A stretch of DNA of 63,457 nucleotides, filler included, from Reclinomonas americana ATCC 50394 (taxonomy: Eukaryota): NCBI GenBank assembly GCA_048213135.1. It is 6 parts of 2 records of this genome, joined end to end, with 100 filler letters (N's around TTAATTAATTAA, not from the genome) between each part and the next. Parts side by side here need not be neighbours in the genome. Positions count along the whole stretch, not along the records: positions 25,231 to 40,970 come from PS015451.1; positions 41,071 to 59,765 come from PS015451.1; positions 59,866 to 63,457 come from PS015453.1; 3 more parts are not named here. One strand, given 5' to 3'. Under the pieces are notes generated by a model. It did not search any database. It had not been told where the DNA came from and saw nothing but the letters and a program-made list of their open reading frames with translations. Positions 30,639 to 60,273 of this stretch are shown piece after piece. Every line of letters begins with the position of its first letter. Position 1 is the first letter of the stretch. The position numbers and the translations under genes were made by a program.

Positions 30639-32147
30639 TTATCGCGAGCTGGTGCCGCGATTGCGCGAGCGCTTCTGTGGCGACTGGCCGCTGCTGTTGC
30701 CGCCGGAGCGCATGCGCTTGCGTCCTTGCACCTGGGTGTCCTCCTCGTCGTCCTCCTCGTCGTCATCGTCGCCACCCTGCGTGTTGCGGCCGCCGCGGTT
30801 GCTCGTCTTGTAGCCGAACTTGCGTCGTGCCTGCTCGTTCTCTTGCTCATCCTGCTGAGTCTTGCCGTAGCCGCCGTGCGAGTGGCGGCCTCCGCGTCGG
30901 CTGGCCTCACGAGGAATGCCGGTGATCGGGTTCACCTCCTCATCATCTTCATCCTCGTCGTCGTCGTCGTGTTGCTGTTGGCGACCGCGCTGCTGCCGCT
31001 GCTTGCCACCCTGCTGGCCTCCACGGCGCTGCTGACCGCCACGGCGCTGAGTGGTGCCGCCGCCGATCTCCTCCTCATCAAACTCCTCATCCTCCTCCTC
31101 GTCCACGCCACCGCGGCGCTTGGTAGCATGGCCGTGACGAATGGTGCCCTGGCCCTGGTTGCTGCGGCCGCGCTGGTGACTGACGCCTCCGGACTGAGTG
31201 CCCTGACCGTATCCGAACTGCTGGCGGACGATCTCGTTCTCCTCCTCGTCCTCCTCGGTCTTGCCGTAGCCGCCATGAGCATGGCGACCACCGCGGCTGC
31301 GGGCCTCCTGGGTGAGGTTGTCGGCCGGGTTGAAGCCCTGCTGGCGTCCGCCCTGCTGACGGCCGCTCTGCTGGCCTCCACGGCGCTGCTGCTGCTGCTG
31401 CTGCTGACCGCCACGGCGTTGGGTGGTGGTGCCGCCGAACTCCTCCTCGTCCTCGTCGTCATCCTCGTCCTCGTCCATGCCACCGCGGCGCTTGGTGGCA
31501 TGGCCGTGGCGAATGGTACCCTGGCCCTGGTTGCTGCGCCCGCGCTGGCGGGTGCTGCTGCCGGACTGGCTGCCCTGGCCGTAGCCGAACTGCTGGCGGA
31601 CGATCTCGTTCTCCTCCTCGTCCTCCTCGGTCTTGCCGTAGCCGCCATGAGCATGGCGACCACCGCGGCTGCGGGCCTCCTGGGTGAGGTTGTCGGCCGG
31701 GTTGAAGCCCTGCTGGCGACCGCGGCGCTGCTGCTGCTGCTGCTGACTGCCACGGCGTTGGACTCCGCGGCGCTGCTGCTGCTGCTGCTGCTGGCCGCCC
31801 TGCTCCACGTCCTCGTCTTCCTCCTCATTGTCCTCGCCGAACTCAAAGTCCTCCTCATCCTCGTCCTCATCCTCCTCGCCTTGCTGGCGCCGGACGCCGC
31901 GCTGCTGCTGCTGCTGCTGCTGCTGTCCACCCTGCTGCTTGCGTCCACCCTGCTGACGCCCAGCCTGGCGCCGAACACCGCGGCCAGTGGTGCGCCCCTC
32001 CAGCTCATCCTCCAGCTCCCGTTCGCCGGAGCTCTTGAAGATGCGCTTGGGCATCTGCTGGAAGCTCTGCGCTTCCCGGGTGATGTCGTGCAACTCGTCG
32101 ACGTCGACAGACCGCAGTCCTCCACGTACCCCTCCTTGTCGTGACAT
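30639..32147 (-). CDS. Intronless hydrophilin-like repeat protein (G/Q/R/E/D-rich, KGG/CON-10-like motifs), 502 aa
   Basis: Open ORF with ATG and TAA. Repeated QEARSRGGRHAHGGYG motifs and two ~120-aa internal duplications. Confidence 0.75.
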   Translation of the reverse strand: MSRQGGVRGGLRSVDVDELHDITREAQSFQQMPKRIFKSSGERELEDELEGRTTGRGVRRQAGRQQGGRKQQGGQQQQQQQQRGVRRQQGEEDEDEDEEDFEFGEDNEEEDEDVEQGGQQQQQQQRRGVQRRGSQQQQQQRRGRQQGFNPADNLTQEARSRGGRHAHGGYGKTEEDEEENEIVRQQFGYGQGSQSGSSTRQRGRSNQGQGTIRHGHATKRRGGMDEDEDDDEDEEEFGGTTTQRRGGQQQQQQQRRGGQQSGRQQGGRQQGFNPADNLTQEARSRGGRHAHGGYGKTEEDEEENEIVRQQFGYGQGTQSGGVSHQRGRSNQGQGTIRHGHATKRRGGVDEEEDEEFDEEEIGGGTTQRRGGQQRRGGQQGGKQRQQRGRQQQHDDDDEDEDDEEVNPITGIPREASRRGGRHSHGGYGKTQQDEQENEQARRKFGYKTSNRGGRNTQGGDDDDEEDDEEDTQVQGRKRMRSGGNSSGQSPQKRSRNRGTSSR

Positions 32148-32297
32148 AGGAACGTATGTGTTTGAACGGTATCAAAACAAGCACAAGTTGTTGATGAGTG
32201 TGTGTTGCTTTCTCTCACGAGTGGCAGAGAAAAAAACGATGATTTCGACAAGCAACACACAACGGGTAATATAGGGTCGCCACGTGCAAACGACTCA

Positions 32298-32979
32298 CCC
32301 TCCTCGTAGGATTCCCAATGGCGCACAACTATTCCGAGGCCTTGAATCGGCACACGTGGTCCGCTTCGCGCTCTGTTCCACCCCACGAATAAAACCTCGT
32401 GTCTATTAAATCGGAACCCGACAAGTAGAACTAGTGCATGCATCAATAAGAAGAAAAACGCAACTCTTCCAGTGGAACGCCAAGCCGAGTGTACCGAATG
32501 AGACTGGAAGAAGAAGAAGAGAACGCGAAATAAAATCAGCAGCAGCGGAAATACCGAACCGGTGGTGTATACGTATCAGATTCCGAACAGAACAAATTCA
32601 AACTCCTCAGGCACAGGAACAACGACTCACCAGCGCAGCAGCTCGCCCTTCTCGTTCGTCACCGTCCGCGGCGGGTTGCACAAATTCAGCACCGTCTTCA
32701 GCAGTGGCGCCAGCTCGGCCGACTCCTTGGCACGCTCAAAGAAGAGCATAATCGGATAATTCAGAGCGCCCGAGCGCCTGCGTTTTGTGGCGAATGCAGC
32801 TGCAGGTGAGTGGATTGGGCGCGGGGAGCAGAGCATGTGGTTGTGGGGCGTGTGGGGACGGGTGGACGAAACTCTCGCACGGGACCCTCGGCCTGAATGT
32901 CGGCCAGTTTCCAGCCCTCGTGGATCAGCATGCCCGGCTGCAGACCGTACGCATCGGTGAACTCTTGCACAGAAGTCAT
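32298..32979 (-). CDS. Hypothetical protein (multi-exon; 3' end uncertain)
   Basis: Spliced frame MTSVQEFTDAYGLQPGMLIHEGWKLA...NYPIMLFFERA...GLGIVVRHWESYEE with consistent GT-AG introns. Putative 5'UTR intron at ~32986-33067. Confidence 0.5.
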
Positions 32980-33084
32980 TCTGACTGATGATAGGCAGTG
33001 TATGCGTGCGTGCAGTGGTAGTGCGAAAAAGAAAGACAAAAAGTTCACAGTGACATGATCACTCACCGCACCAATCAACCGAGA

Positions 33085-34106
33085 ATGAAGCTGCGCGACT
33101 TGGAGAGTGCGTTGCAAGAGGTCTCAGTCTTCGAGAGCCCCGAACTTGCCCTCGAGCAGGTGAGTTGCCGCCCTCCAACACACACACAGAACGCATGATC
33201 TTCCGCGCACGCACTCACTTGCACTCACTCAGTACATCACTCCACCCGACATTGCCGCACGCATCCTCTTTGCTGCAGAGACCGCACATGGCGATCTGAG
33301 CGACCGCACTGTGCTCGACCTCGGCTGTGGCACAGGCATGCTCAGTGTCGGCGCCTGTCTGTTGGACGCCGAGTTACGCGCGCTCTCTCACTCGACGCGA
33401 GTCTCCCTCTCACTCTCTCTGACACACTCGCACACAGTCACGTAGTGGGCGTGGACATTGACGAGAGCGCACTACGCATTGCGCGCCACAACCGTGACGA
33501 GTACGATCTGGAGGCACAGTGGGATCTCCTGCGATGCAACGTACTGCGCGGATCGAGTGCCGCGGAAGAACACGCAGTCGACGAGCGCAGTCTCACTGGC
33601 GGTCGGCGACGTGGTCGAGGACACGCACAACGAGGAGGAGCAGCAGCTGCTCGTGCTCGTCGTCCTCCTCCACCTCCAGCAGCAAAGGCAGAGTCGATTG
33701 AGTTGCCACTGGTGATGGCCGCGCAACGATCGTTTGTCGACACGGTGGTGATGAATCCTCCGTTTGGCACCAAGCGCGCAGGAGCCGACATGGCGTTTCT
33801 GGAACGTGCGCTGAGCCTGGCCACCACCGCCGTCTACAGCTTGCACAAGACGTCCACGCGAGAGGTGACTTGCTGACTCGATCGATATCGTTTCCTTCGC
33901 GATCGATCCTGATTGCTTTGCATGCGCAGTTTATTGTGCGACGAGCAGAGGCACTGGGCGCGCGTGTCGAAGTCATGGCGGAGCTGCGATACAACATTGA
34001 CGCGTCGTATGGCTTTCATCGCAAGAAGAGCGTCGACGTCGAGGTGGATTTCATTCGTTTCGACGTCAGTGCGCGCGAGAGGCCACCACCACCAGTGGTT
34101 CCTTGA
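33085..34106 (+). CDS. METTL5: 18S rRNA N6-adenosine methyltransferase
   Basis: MKLRDLESALQEV..LEQYITP, VLDLGCGTGML, DTVVMNPPFGTK, VYSLHKTSTR, FHRKKSVDVEVD. Confidence 0.93.
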
Positions 34107-34132
34107 GTTTTTGGAGAAGTAAACAGCGAGAA

Positions 34133-35091
34133 ATGATGCGCAGTCATGCTGTGGTCACGGGTGCTGCGCGAGTGCATGGGATTGGGAGGGCGATTGTGCG
34201 TGCGCTGGTGGGCACGGGGCAGTGGGCGGTGACGGCCATTGATGCGGCGGAGTGGGAGGAGCATGATGGCGAGGGGGCACTCGACATGGACGTGCGTGCG
34301 TGTGGGAAAGAGAGTGTGTGTGTCGCGCGATCACATCAATGATTGTGGAGGTTATTCGCAGTGCGTGCATGCTGTGCAAGGTAGCGTTGTCGATGAGGCA
34401 GAGGTGGAACGCGCGCTGGGAGAAGGAGTCGGCAAGTTCGGGCCCATCAAGTGCATCGTGAATGTGCGTGTGCCTGTGAGAGAGGTTGTCTTCTGCATTT
34501 TTCCGACTGCCTGGTCGCAGAACGCTGCCGTCGCGAACCCGTACATGCGCACGGACGTGGTGGCGGCACACGAGTACATTGCCGAGTTCCGTCGTGTGGT
34601 GGACATCAACTTGACGGGGGCGCTGGTGGTGACGGCGTGCGCGGTGCCGCACTTTGCCAAGGACGCACTCGTGTCTGTGATTCACATGAGCAGCACGCGT
34701 GCGCGACAGAGCGAGCCGCGCTCGGAAGCGTACGCGGCCTCCAAAGCCGGTCTCATTGGCCTGACTCACGCGCAGGTGCGTCCTCTCCTTGCAATCGCCT
34801 TCATAAGTACACGGCTGCTGACTGCAGAGCACATACAAGGCCGTGTCGCTGGCGCACTTGGCTCGTGTCAATGTCATCCTGCCGGGCTGGATCGACACTA
34901 GTGACAGCGCAGAGCATGCGCCCAAGGCTCGCGATCACGCGTTTCATCTAACGGGTCGCGCAGGTGTTCCGCGCGACATTGCCGAGCTGGTGCTGTTTCT
35001 GGCCGACGATTCGCGCAGTGGGTTCATCACGGGGCAGGAGTTTGTCGTCGACGGTGGTGTTACTCGGAGAATGATTTATCCGGAGGACTAA
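34133..35091 (+). CDS. Short-chain dehydrogenase/reductase (classical SDR)
   Basis: TGAARVHGIG, NAAV, SSTRARQSEPRSEAYAASKAG (YxxxK), VNVILPGWIDT, FITGQEFVVDGG. Confidence 0.93.
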
Positions 35092-35098
35092 TGAATAA

Positions 35099-35605
35099 GC
35101 AGCAAAGGAGAAGAGCAAAGGAGGCAGAGCAAAGGAGAAGAGCAAAAGGAGCAGAGCAAAGGAGGAGAGCAAAGGAGCAGAGCAAAGGAGCAGAGCAAAG
35201 GAGGCAGAGCAAAGGAGCAGAGCAAAGGAGCAGAGCAAAGGAGCAGAGCAAAGGAGCAGAGCAAAGGAGCAGAGCAAAGGAGCAGAGCAAAGGAGGACAG
35301 CAAAGGAGAAGAGCAAAAGGAGCAGAGCAAAGGAGGAGAGCAAAGGAGGCAGAGCAAAGGAGCAGAGCAAAGGAGCAGAGCAAAGGAGGAGAGCAAAGGA
35401 GGCAGAGCAAAGGAGGCAGAGCAAAGGAGGCAGAGCAAAGGAGGCGAGCAAAGGAGCAGAGCAAAGGAGCAGAGCAAAGGAGGAGAGCAAAGGAGGCAGA
35501 GCAAAGGAGCAGAGCAAAGGAGGAGAGCAAAGGAGCAGAGCAAAGGAGCAGAGCAAAGGAGGAGAGCAAAGGAGGCAGAGCAAAGGAGGCAGAGCAAAAG
35601 GAGCA
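35099..35605. repeat. Tandem minisatellite, 13/16-bp units (GCAGAGCAAAGGA[GGA])
   Basis: Visible directly, starting immediately after the SDR stop codon. Confidence 0.95.
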
Positions 35606-35809
35606 GCAGTTCGTTGCCATGTCGACGCCACGGACAGCCATACAGAGTGCATCCGCGGACTCCGACACTGCTTGGAAAATGGCAGTGGCTTGGTAAATCG
35701 GCAAGCTGGGAGGCAGTGGCTGCAGAAAGCCGAGAGCACGATGGCACGGCTGAAAAGAAAGCATGACACGGAAAACTCAGCCATCACTCTGCATTCCTTC
35801 GAGGAGAAT

Positions 35810-36699
35810 TATTGGCAGACAGCTTGTTGCCTTGTCAACGCCAGCCACGTCCGTTTACCGCGTCGCACACAGAGTGCATCCGCGGACTCTGCCACTGCTT
35901 GGAAAACGGCAGTGGCTTGAGAAATCGGCAGGTTGGGAGGCATTGGCTGCAGACAGCCGAGAACAAGATGTGTCCAGTGAAGTCGCTGCTGTCGAGTTGG
36001 AAGCTGGGTGCACGGCTGCGCAGCGGCGCGAATGTCCTCGGCAATAGCGGCAAGACGATCGCGAGTCTACGATGGGGAGCGTGAAGATCGGCGCGAAGCA
36101 TCAGTACATAGCTGGAGGGCACTCACCGCCTGATCCATGGGCGAATTGGCGTGTGTCGCCTTTAGCAACGTGTGGATACCACGAATCATGCAACTAACTG
36201 AAGCAAGGGTGTGGTCAGTGAACGGGAAGCACAAGCCTCACTCGCCAAGTACATGTACCTGCACGAGTCCAAAATGTCATTGAACTCGGCCGCCCCCGAA
36301 TGAAGCTTGACACCGCTTGCCGCAGGTACCTGCTTGATTATGATTATGCATGCGCGCAAGACCCAGACTCGTTACAGCAGACACAACGGGAACATCACGG
36401 CTGCTGCGAGATCCGTCGTCATCCGTCAGGCGACCTGCGTCAAGAAACAGCCAGCTGGTTGTTCAGACGCCCCGGATCCACCACGTATGCACCCTCTGCC
36501 ACGCCAGCCAGCAAGATAGGACCCCAAGAACCAGCTTCGAAAGCAGCACACACTCACCCGAGAAAAGCATGAAGAGTGCGGCCACGAAGGAGACAGTCAT
36601 CACCAGCGTGGCGAGTGCCAACACAAGCAGCACAACAAACCACAACTGTATCACCATAGTATCGTACACGAGTGAAAGAAAACAAGCCAAAAGATCCAT
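35810..36699 (-). CDS. Hypothetical membrane-anchored protein (model uncertain); its last exon is partly duplicated at 35643-35740
   Basis: MDLLACFLSLVYDTMVIQLWFVVLLVLALATLVMTVSFVAALFMLFSG followed by a GTGAGT donor. Putative last exon ...LGCLQPMPPNLPISQATAVFQAVAESADALC. Confidence 0.35.
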
Positions 36700-36849
36700 C
36701 TGATGCTTACACAAGCGTGAGTGTGAAACGAGAAAAACGCAATTGGACACGAAAATTTGACAGGATCGCTGCGCTCCAAGGTCCGCTGAAAGAACGCACG
36801 AACTGCGTGCAGTGGAGAAGGATCTACCCGACAGCATGACACGGAAAAC

Positions 36850-43324
<6,475 letters not shown>

Positions 43325-43449
43325 CGAAGGGGTGGGGGAGGGGGGGGGGGAGAAGGATCGACAAGGGACTCGCAGGACGCAACCCTCACAACACACTCGC
43401 ATCGCGCACCCCAGCGCCGCTCGTCCTCATGTCACCCACTACCGTCATC

Positions 43450-44105
43450 GAGATGACCACGTGTTTCAGTGGACTTGGAAAGTATGTTCACTGCTCCGTC
43501 GACGTCGCACTCCTGATGATCATGACGAATTGCCGATATCGATTGTCGCTTGTGCTGGCCAAGACATGCAAGTGCTGTAAGTGTGGTTGCTGGCGACTCA
43601 TTGCATGAGAGGCGCGCGAGGTTGCCGCCTGGTCGGGCACACTGAGCACTTGAGATGTGCAGCCGTCACGCGCGCTGCGCTTCATCGATCGCAGCGCGAT
43701 ATCAGAGCGACGTCGACGCCATAAAATGCCATTGTGGTCACTGGCGACTGAAGAAGAGGTACGGCGGATGGAGGGACATGCTTATCTGTGGACATCTGTC
43801 GCCGTTGCCACAGACGGGCAGCGCTAGCGCGAGTGCCAGTTACAAAGTCGAAGACAGGAAGGTGCGAGTATGGCGCCGGCGAGTGGCGACGATCGGTGGT
43901 CTGGTGTTGTGATTCGCCATCGATATCACTCCCGATGATCAGCACGGCGTGAACTGTGGCATAGACCACACAGTGCGACTGTACATGTGGTCACTGGCGA
44001 CTGCAGAAGAGGTGCGACGACTGGCGGGGTACACTGACCGTGCGAGTCTGTTGCTGCGATTGCAAACGGGTGGTCTGCGCATTGCAGTTGTGAGTGATAG
44101 CTCAG
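43450..44105 (+). pseudogene. Decayed WD40-repeat gene
   Basis: Broken WD units (LWSLATEEEVRRMEGH, DRKVRVW, DITPDDQHGVNCGIDHTVRLYMWSLATAEEVRRLAGYTD) interrupted by frameshifts and stops. Confidence 0.6.
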
Positions 44106-44267
44106 ACGACTTTCTGAATGAGTTACATTGCGTTGTGACAGAGAACTACGTAGGTGCGCGCGGTCTCTTAAAGAAAAAGAAAAACACTTCATTCACCACA
44201 TTCCATAATAAGAAATACACCACAAACACAGGCCTTGCATCCACCGTCGACTCTCGTAGTCATCTGT

Positions 44268-57924
<13,657 letters not shown>

Positions 57925-58074
57925 GTTTGGCACGTTGTTGGGAGTTCTCGGAGGAGAACACTCAAGACTTGTCAGGAATGTAACACGGCAAGACGTGACG
58001 ACAGTGATCCGGCGTTCACGACGACATGGTGTGATGCGACAGGTCCTCGCCGTCCTGTTTTCCCTTCCTCATCC

Positions 58075-58766
58075 ATGTCCGCAGAAGCCCTAGTGAGACA
58101 CCTCTTCCCCCTCTCGACCACCCACCGCGTCTCGCGTGATGCACACAGCAGGAAACCGCGACTATGGATCAAGACGAACGCGAGGGAAGGAGCAGAAGAA
58201 GAAGAAGAGTGGCCGATAAGCGTATCGCACGATGGACAGCTGTCTGTACTGCTGGTGGCTCCACTGGGGAAACGAGTGGGCGTCGGTGCGACGACCATAC
58301 CTCCACTCAGTCGCCTTCTCCCCTTTCTCATCCTCCGCCCGCGTTGCAGATGTCGTATGCACTTGCAACAACGCGCACCTGCGTGGCACCAGTGTGCGTC
58401 GGGCGGTGAGCGATCTCGGCGCATTGCTGTCTCCCGCAGAGCGGGCAGTCATTGGGAACGACGCAAGGAGACTGGCGCAGATCGTTACTTATGCCTTGTC
58501 GCCCCTTCTCATCTTCACTCTTCAGTGGTCTCTCATTCCCGCTGCAGTGGTCTCTGCATGAAGCCTGGTACAAGGCGTGCGACGGGGCTCTCGGCCATCT
58601 CCCTGCAACGGCACTCGACGCACTGGTGCACGAATCGCGCACGGGTGAGTGGACGATGCTGCGATGCGGATCGCTGACCATGTGGACGGGCGAGTTGGAC
58701 GAGCATCACGTGATCAGTGTGTGCCTCGGAGGTGATGCAAATGATGATGATGGTGGCGGTTCATGA
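58075..58766 (+). CDS. Sfp/AASDHPPT-type 4'-phosphopantetheinyl transferase (divergent; start uncertain)
   Basis: Spliced motifs RKPRL, ISVSHDG, VGVD (across intron 1), LSPAE and WSLHEAWYKA (after intron 2). TGA at 58766. Confidence 0.72.
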
Positions 58767-58853
58767 GATAATGTAGACCAGCGCACACACATAAAAGGGG
58801 AGCAGGCGAGGGGTGAAACCCTCGGAAAAATGAGAAATGCAAGTGGAAGCGCC

Positions 58854-59192
58854 TCAGTGCATGTCCATGTGCAGGCTGTTGAGCATCGACTGCTCCAGAT
58901 CCTCGTCCTCCAGACCCGACTTGGACGCGCACGCGTACTTGGTCACAATCGCAAAGTGGTACTGACCAGCCCACAGATCCGACACGTGCTCCATAATGGG
59001 CGTGGTGATGCCCTTGGTCGGATCGCACTGGAAGTAGATGCGAGCCGAGGCACGCACGTTGGAGTTGTAAAACGCGCCAGCGTACGACGTCAGATGCACG
59101 CTGTTGCCCGACGGGTTGGTGTCCCACTCGCTGGCGGTGATGTCGCCGAGCGGCACACACGTGCGGTTGTTGTTCGAGAGCTCGTATGCAGG
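58854..59192 (-). CDS. Last exon of an MRH-domain (M6P receptor/ATG27-like) protein; 5' part lost in gap
   Basis: AYEL..TCVPLG...VHLT..G...RASARIYFQCDP...YHFAIVTKYAC is an MRH-type pattern. No TM segment before the stop. Confidence 0.7.
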   Translation of the reverse strand, partial: PAYELSNNNRTCVPLGDITASEWDTNPSGNSVHLTSYAGAFYNSNVRASARIYFQCDPTKGITTPIMEHVSDLWAGQYHFAIVTKYACASKSGLEDEDLEQSMLNSLHMDMH

Positions 59193-59502
59193 CTGCACGC
59201 ACACGGAGAGAGAAGGGAGAGAGAGAAAAGGAGAGAGAGAGAAGGGAGAGAGAGAGAGAGAAGAGAAAGAGAGAGAGAGAGAAGGAGAGAGAGAAGAGAG
59301 AGAGAGAGAGAGAAGGAGAGAGAGAAGGGAGAACACACACACACACACGTGAGAGAATGCCACCAATACACAGCCCATGCACACACACCACACACACACA
59401 CGGAGAGAGAGGGAGAGTAAAAAGAGAGAAAGAGAGAAGAGAGAGAGAGCACACGCACACACACACACGAACAGAGAGAGAGAGGAGAGCGAAAAGAGAG
59501 GG

Positions 59503-59546
<44 letters not shown>

Positions 59547-59696
59547 AGTGAATGCCACCAACACACAGCCCATGCACATACGCCACACACACACACACAC
59601 ACACGGAGACAGGGAGAATGAAAAGAGAGAGAGAAGAAGAGAAGAGAGAGAGAGCACACACGCGCACCCACACACACACGTGAGTGAATGCCACAC

Positions 59697-59765
<69 letters not shown>

Positions 59766-59939
59766 NNNNNNNNNNNNNNNNNNNNNNNNNNNNNNNNNNN
59801 NNNNNNNNNTTAATTAATTAANNNNNNNNNNNNNNNNNNNNNNNNNNNNNNNNNNNNNNNNNNNNTGTGTGTGTGTATGACACGCGCCTATGAGAGAAAG
59901 AGAGACTTTGTGAGCTCATTTGTGTGTGAAAACATGCAG

Positions 59940-60234
59940 GATCTCACCCCTGATTACTTGTATGAAGACGAGCGGCTGAGACGATATGCGGGGCAGCCGA
60001 GTATCACAGCGCTTTCGTTGCGTTTTCGTGTGTGTGTGTGTTTTACACTGAAAGCGTGTGTGAGGAGTGCTGACGCGCACACGCAGAGGCATCATTGGTC
60101 TCAATGCGCAACGACGCGGCAATCTTGCTCTGCTCAACCCCACCACCGCCATCTTCGCAGTCGGCAACACAGGTGAGAGAAGGACACCATACCCGCCTTG
60201 TGCACCTCGTGCGCTGAACACTCCATTCATCCAC

Positions 60235-60273
<39 letters not shown>

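Noticed and set aside
29283..32144. 953-aa hydrophobic plus-strand ORF
   Set aside because: It is the antisense shadow of the hydrophilin gene joined to low-complexity sequence and Ns.
35091..35764. Long ORFs on both strands (AEQRSRAKEQ.. / LLCSAPLL..)
   Set aside because: They are products of a stop-free 13/16-bp tandem repeat whose units are not multiples of 3.
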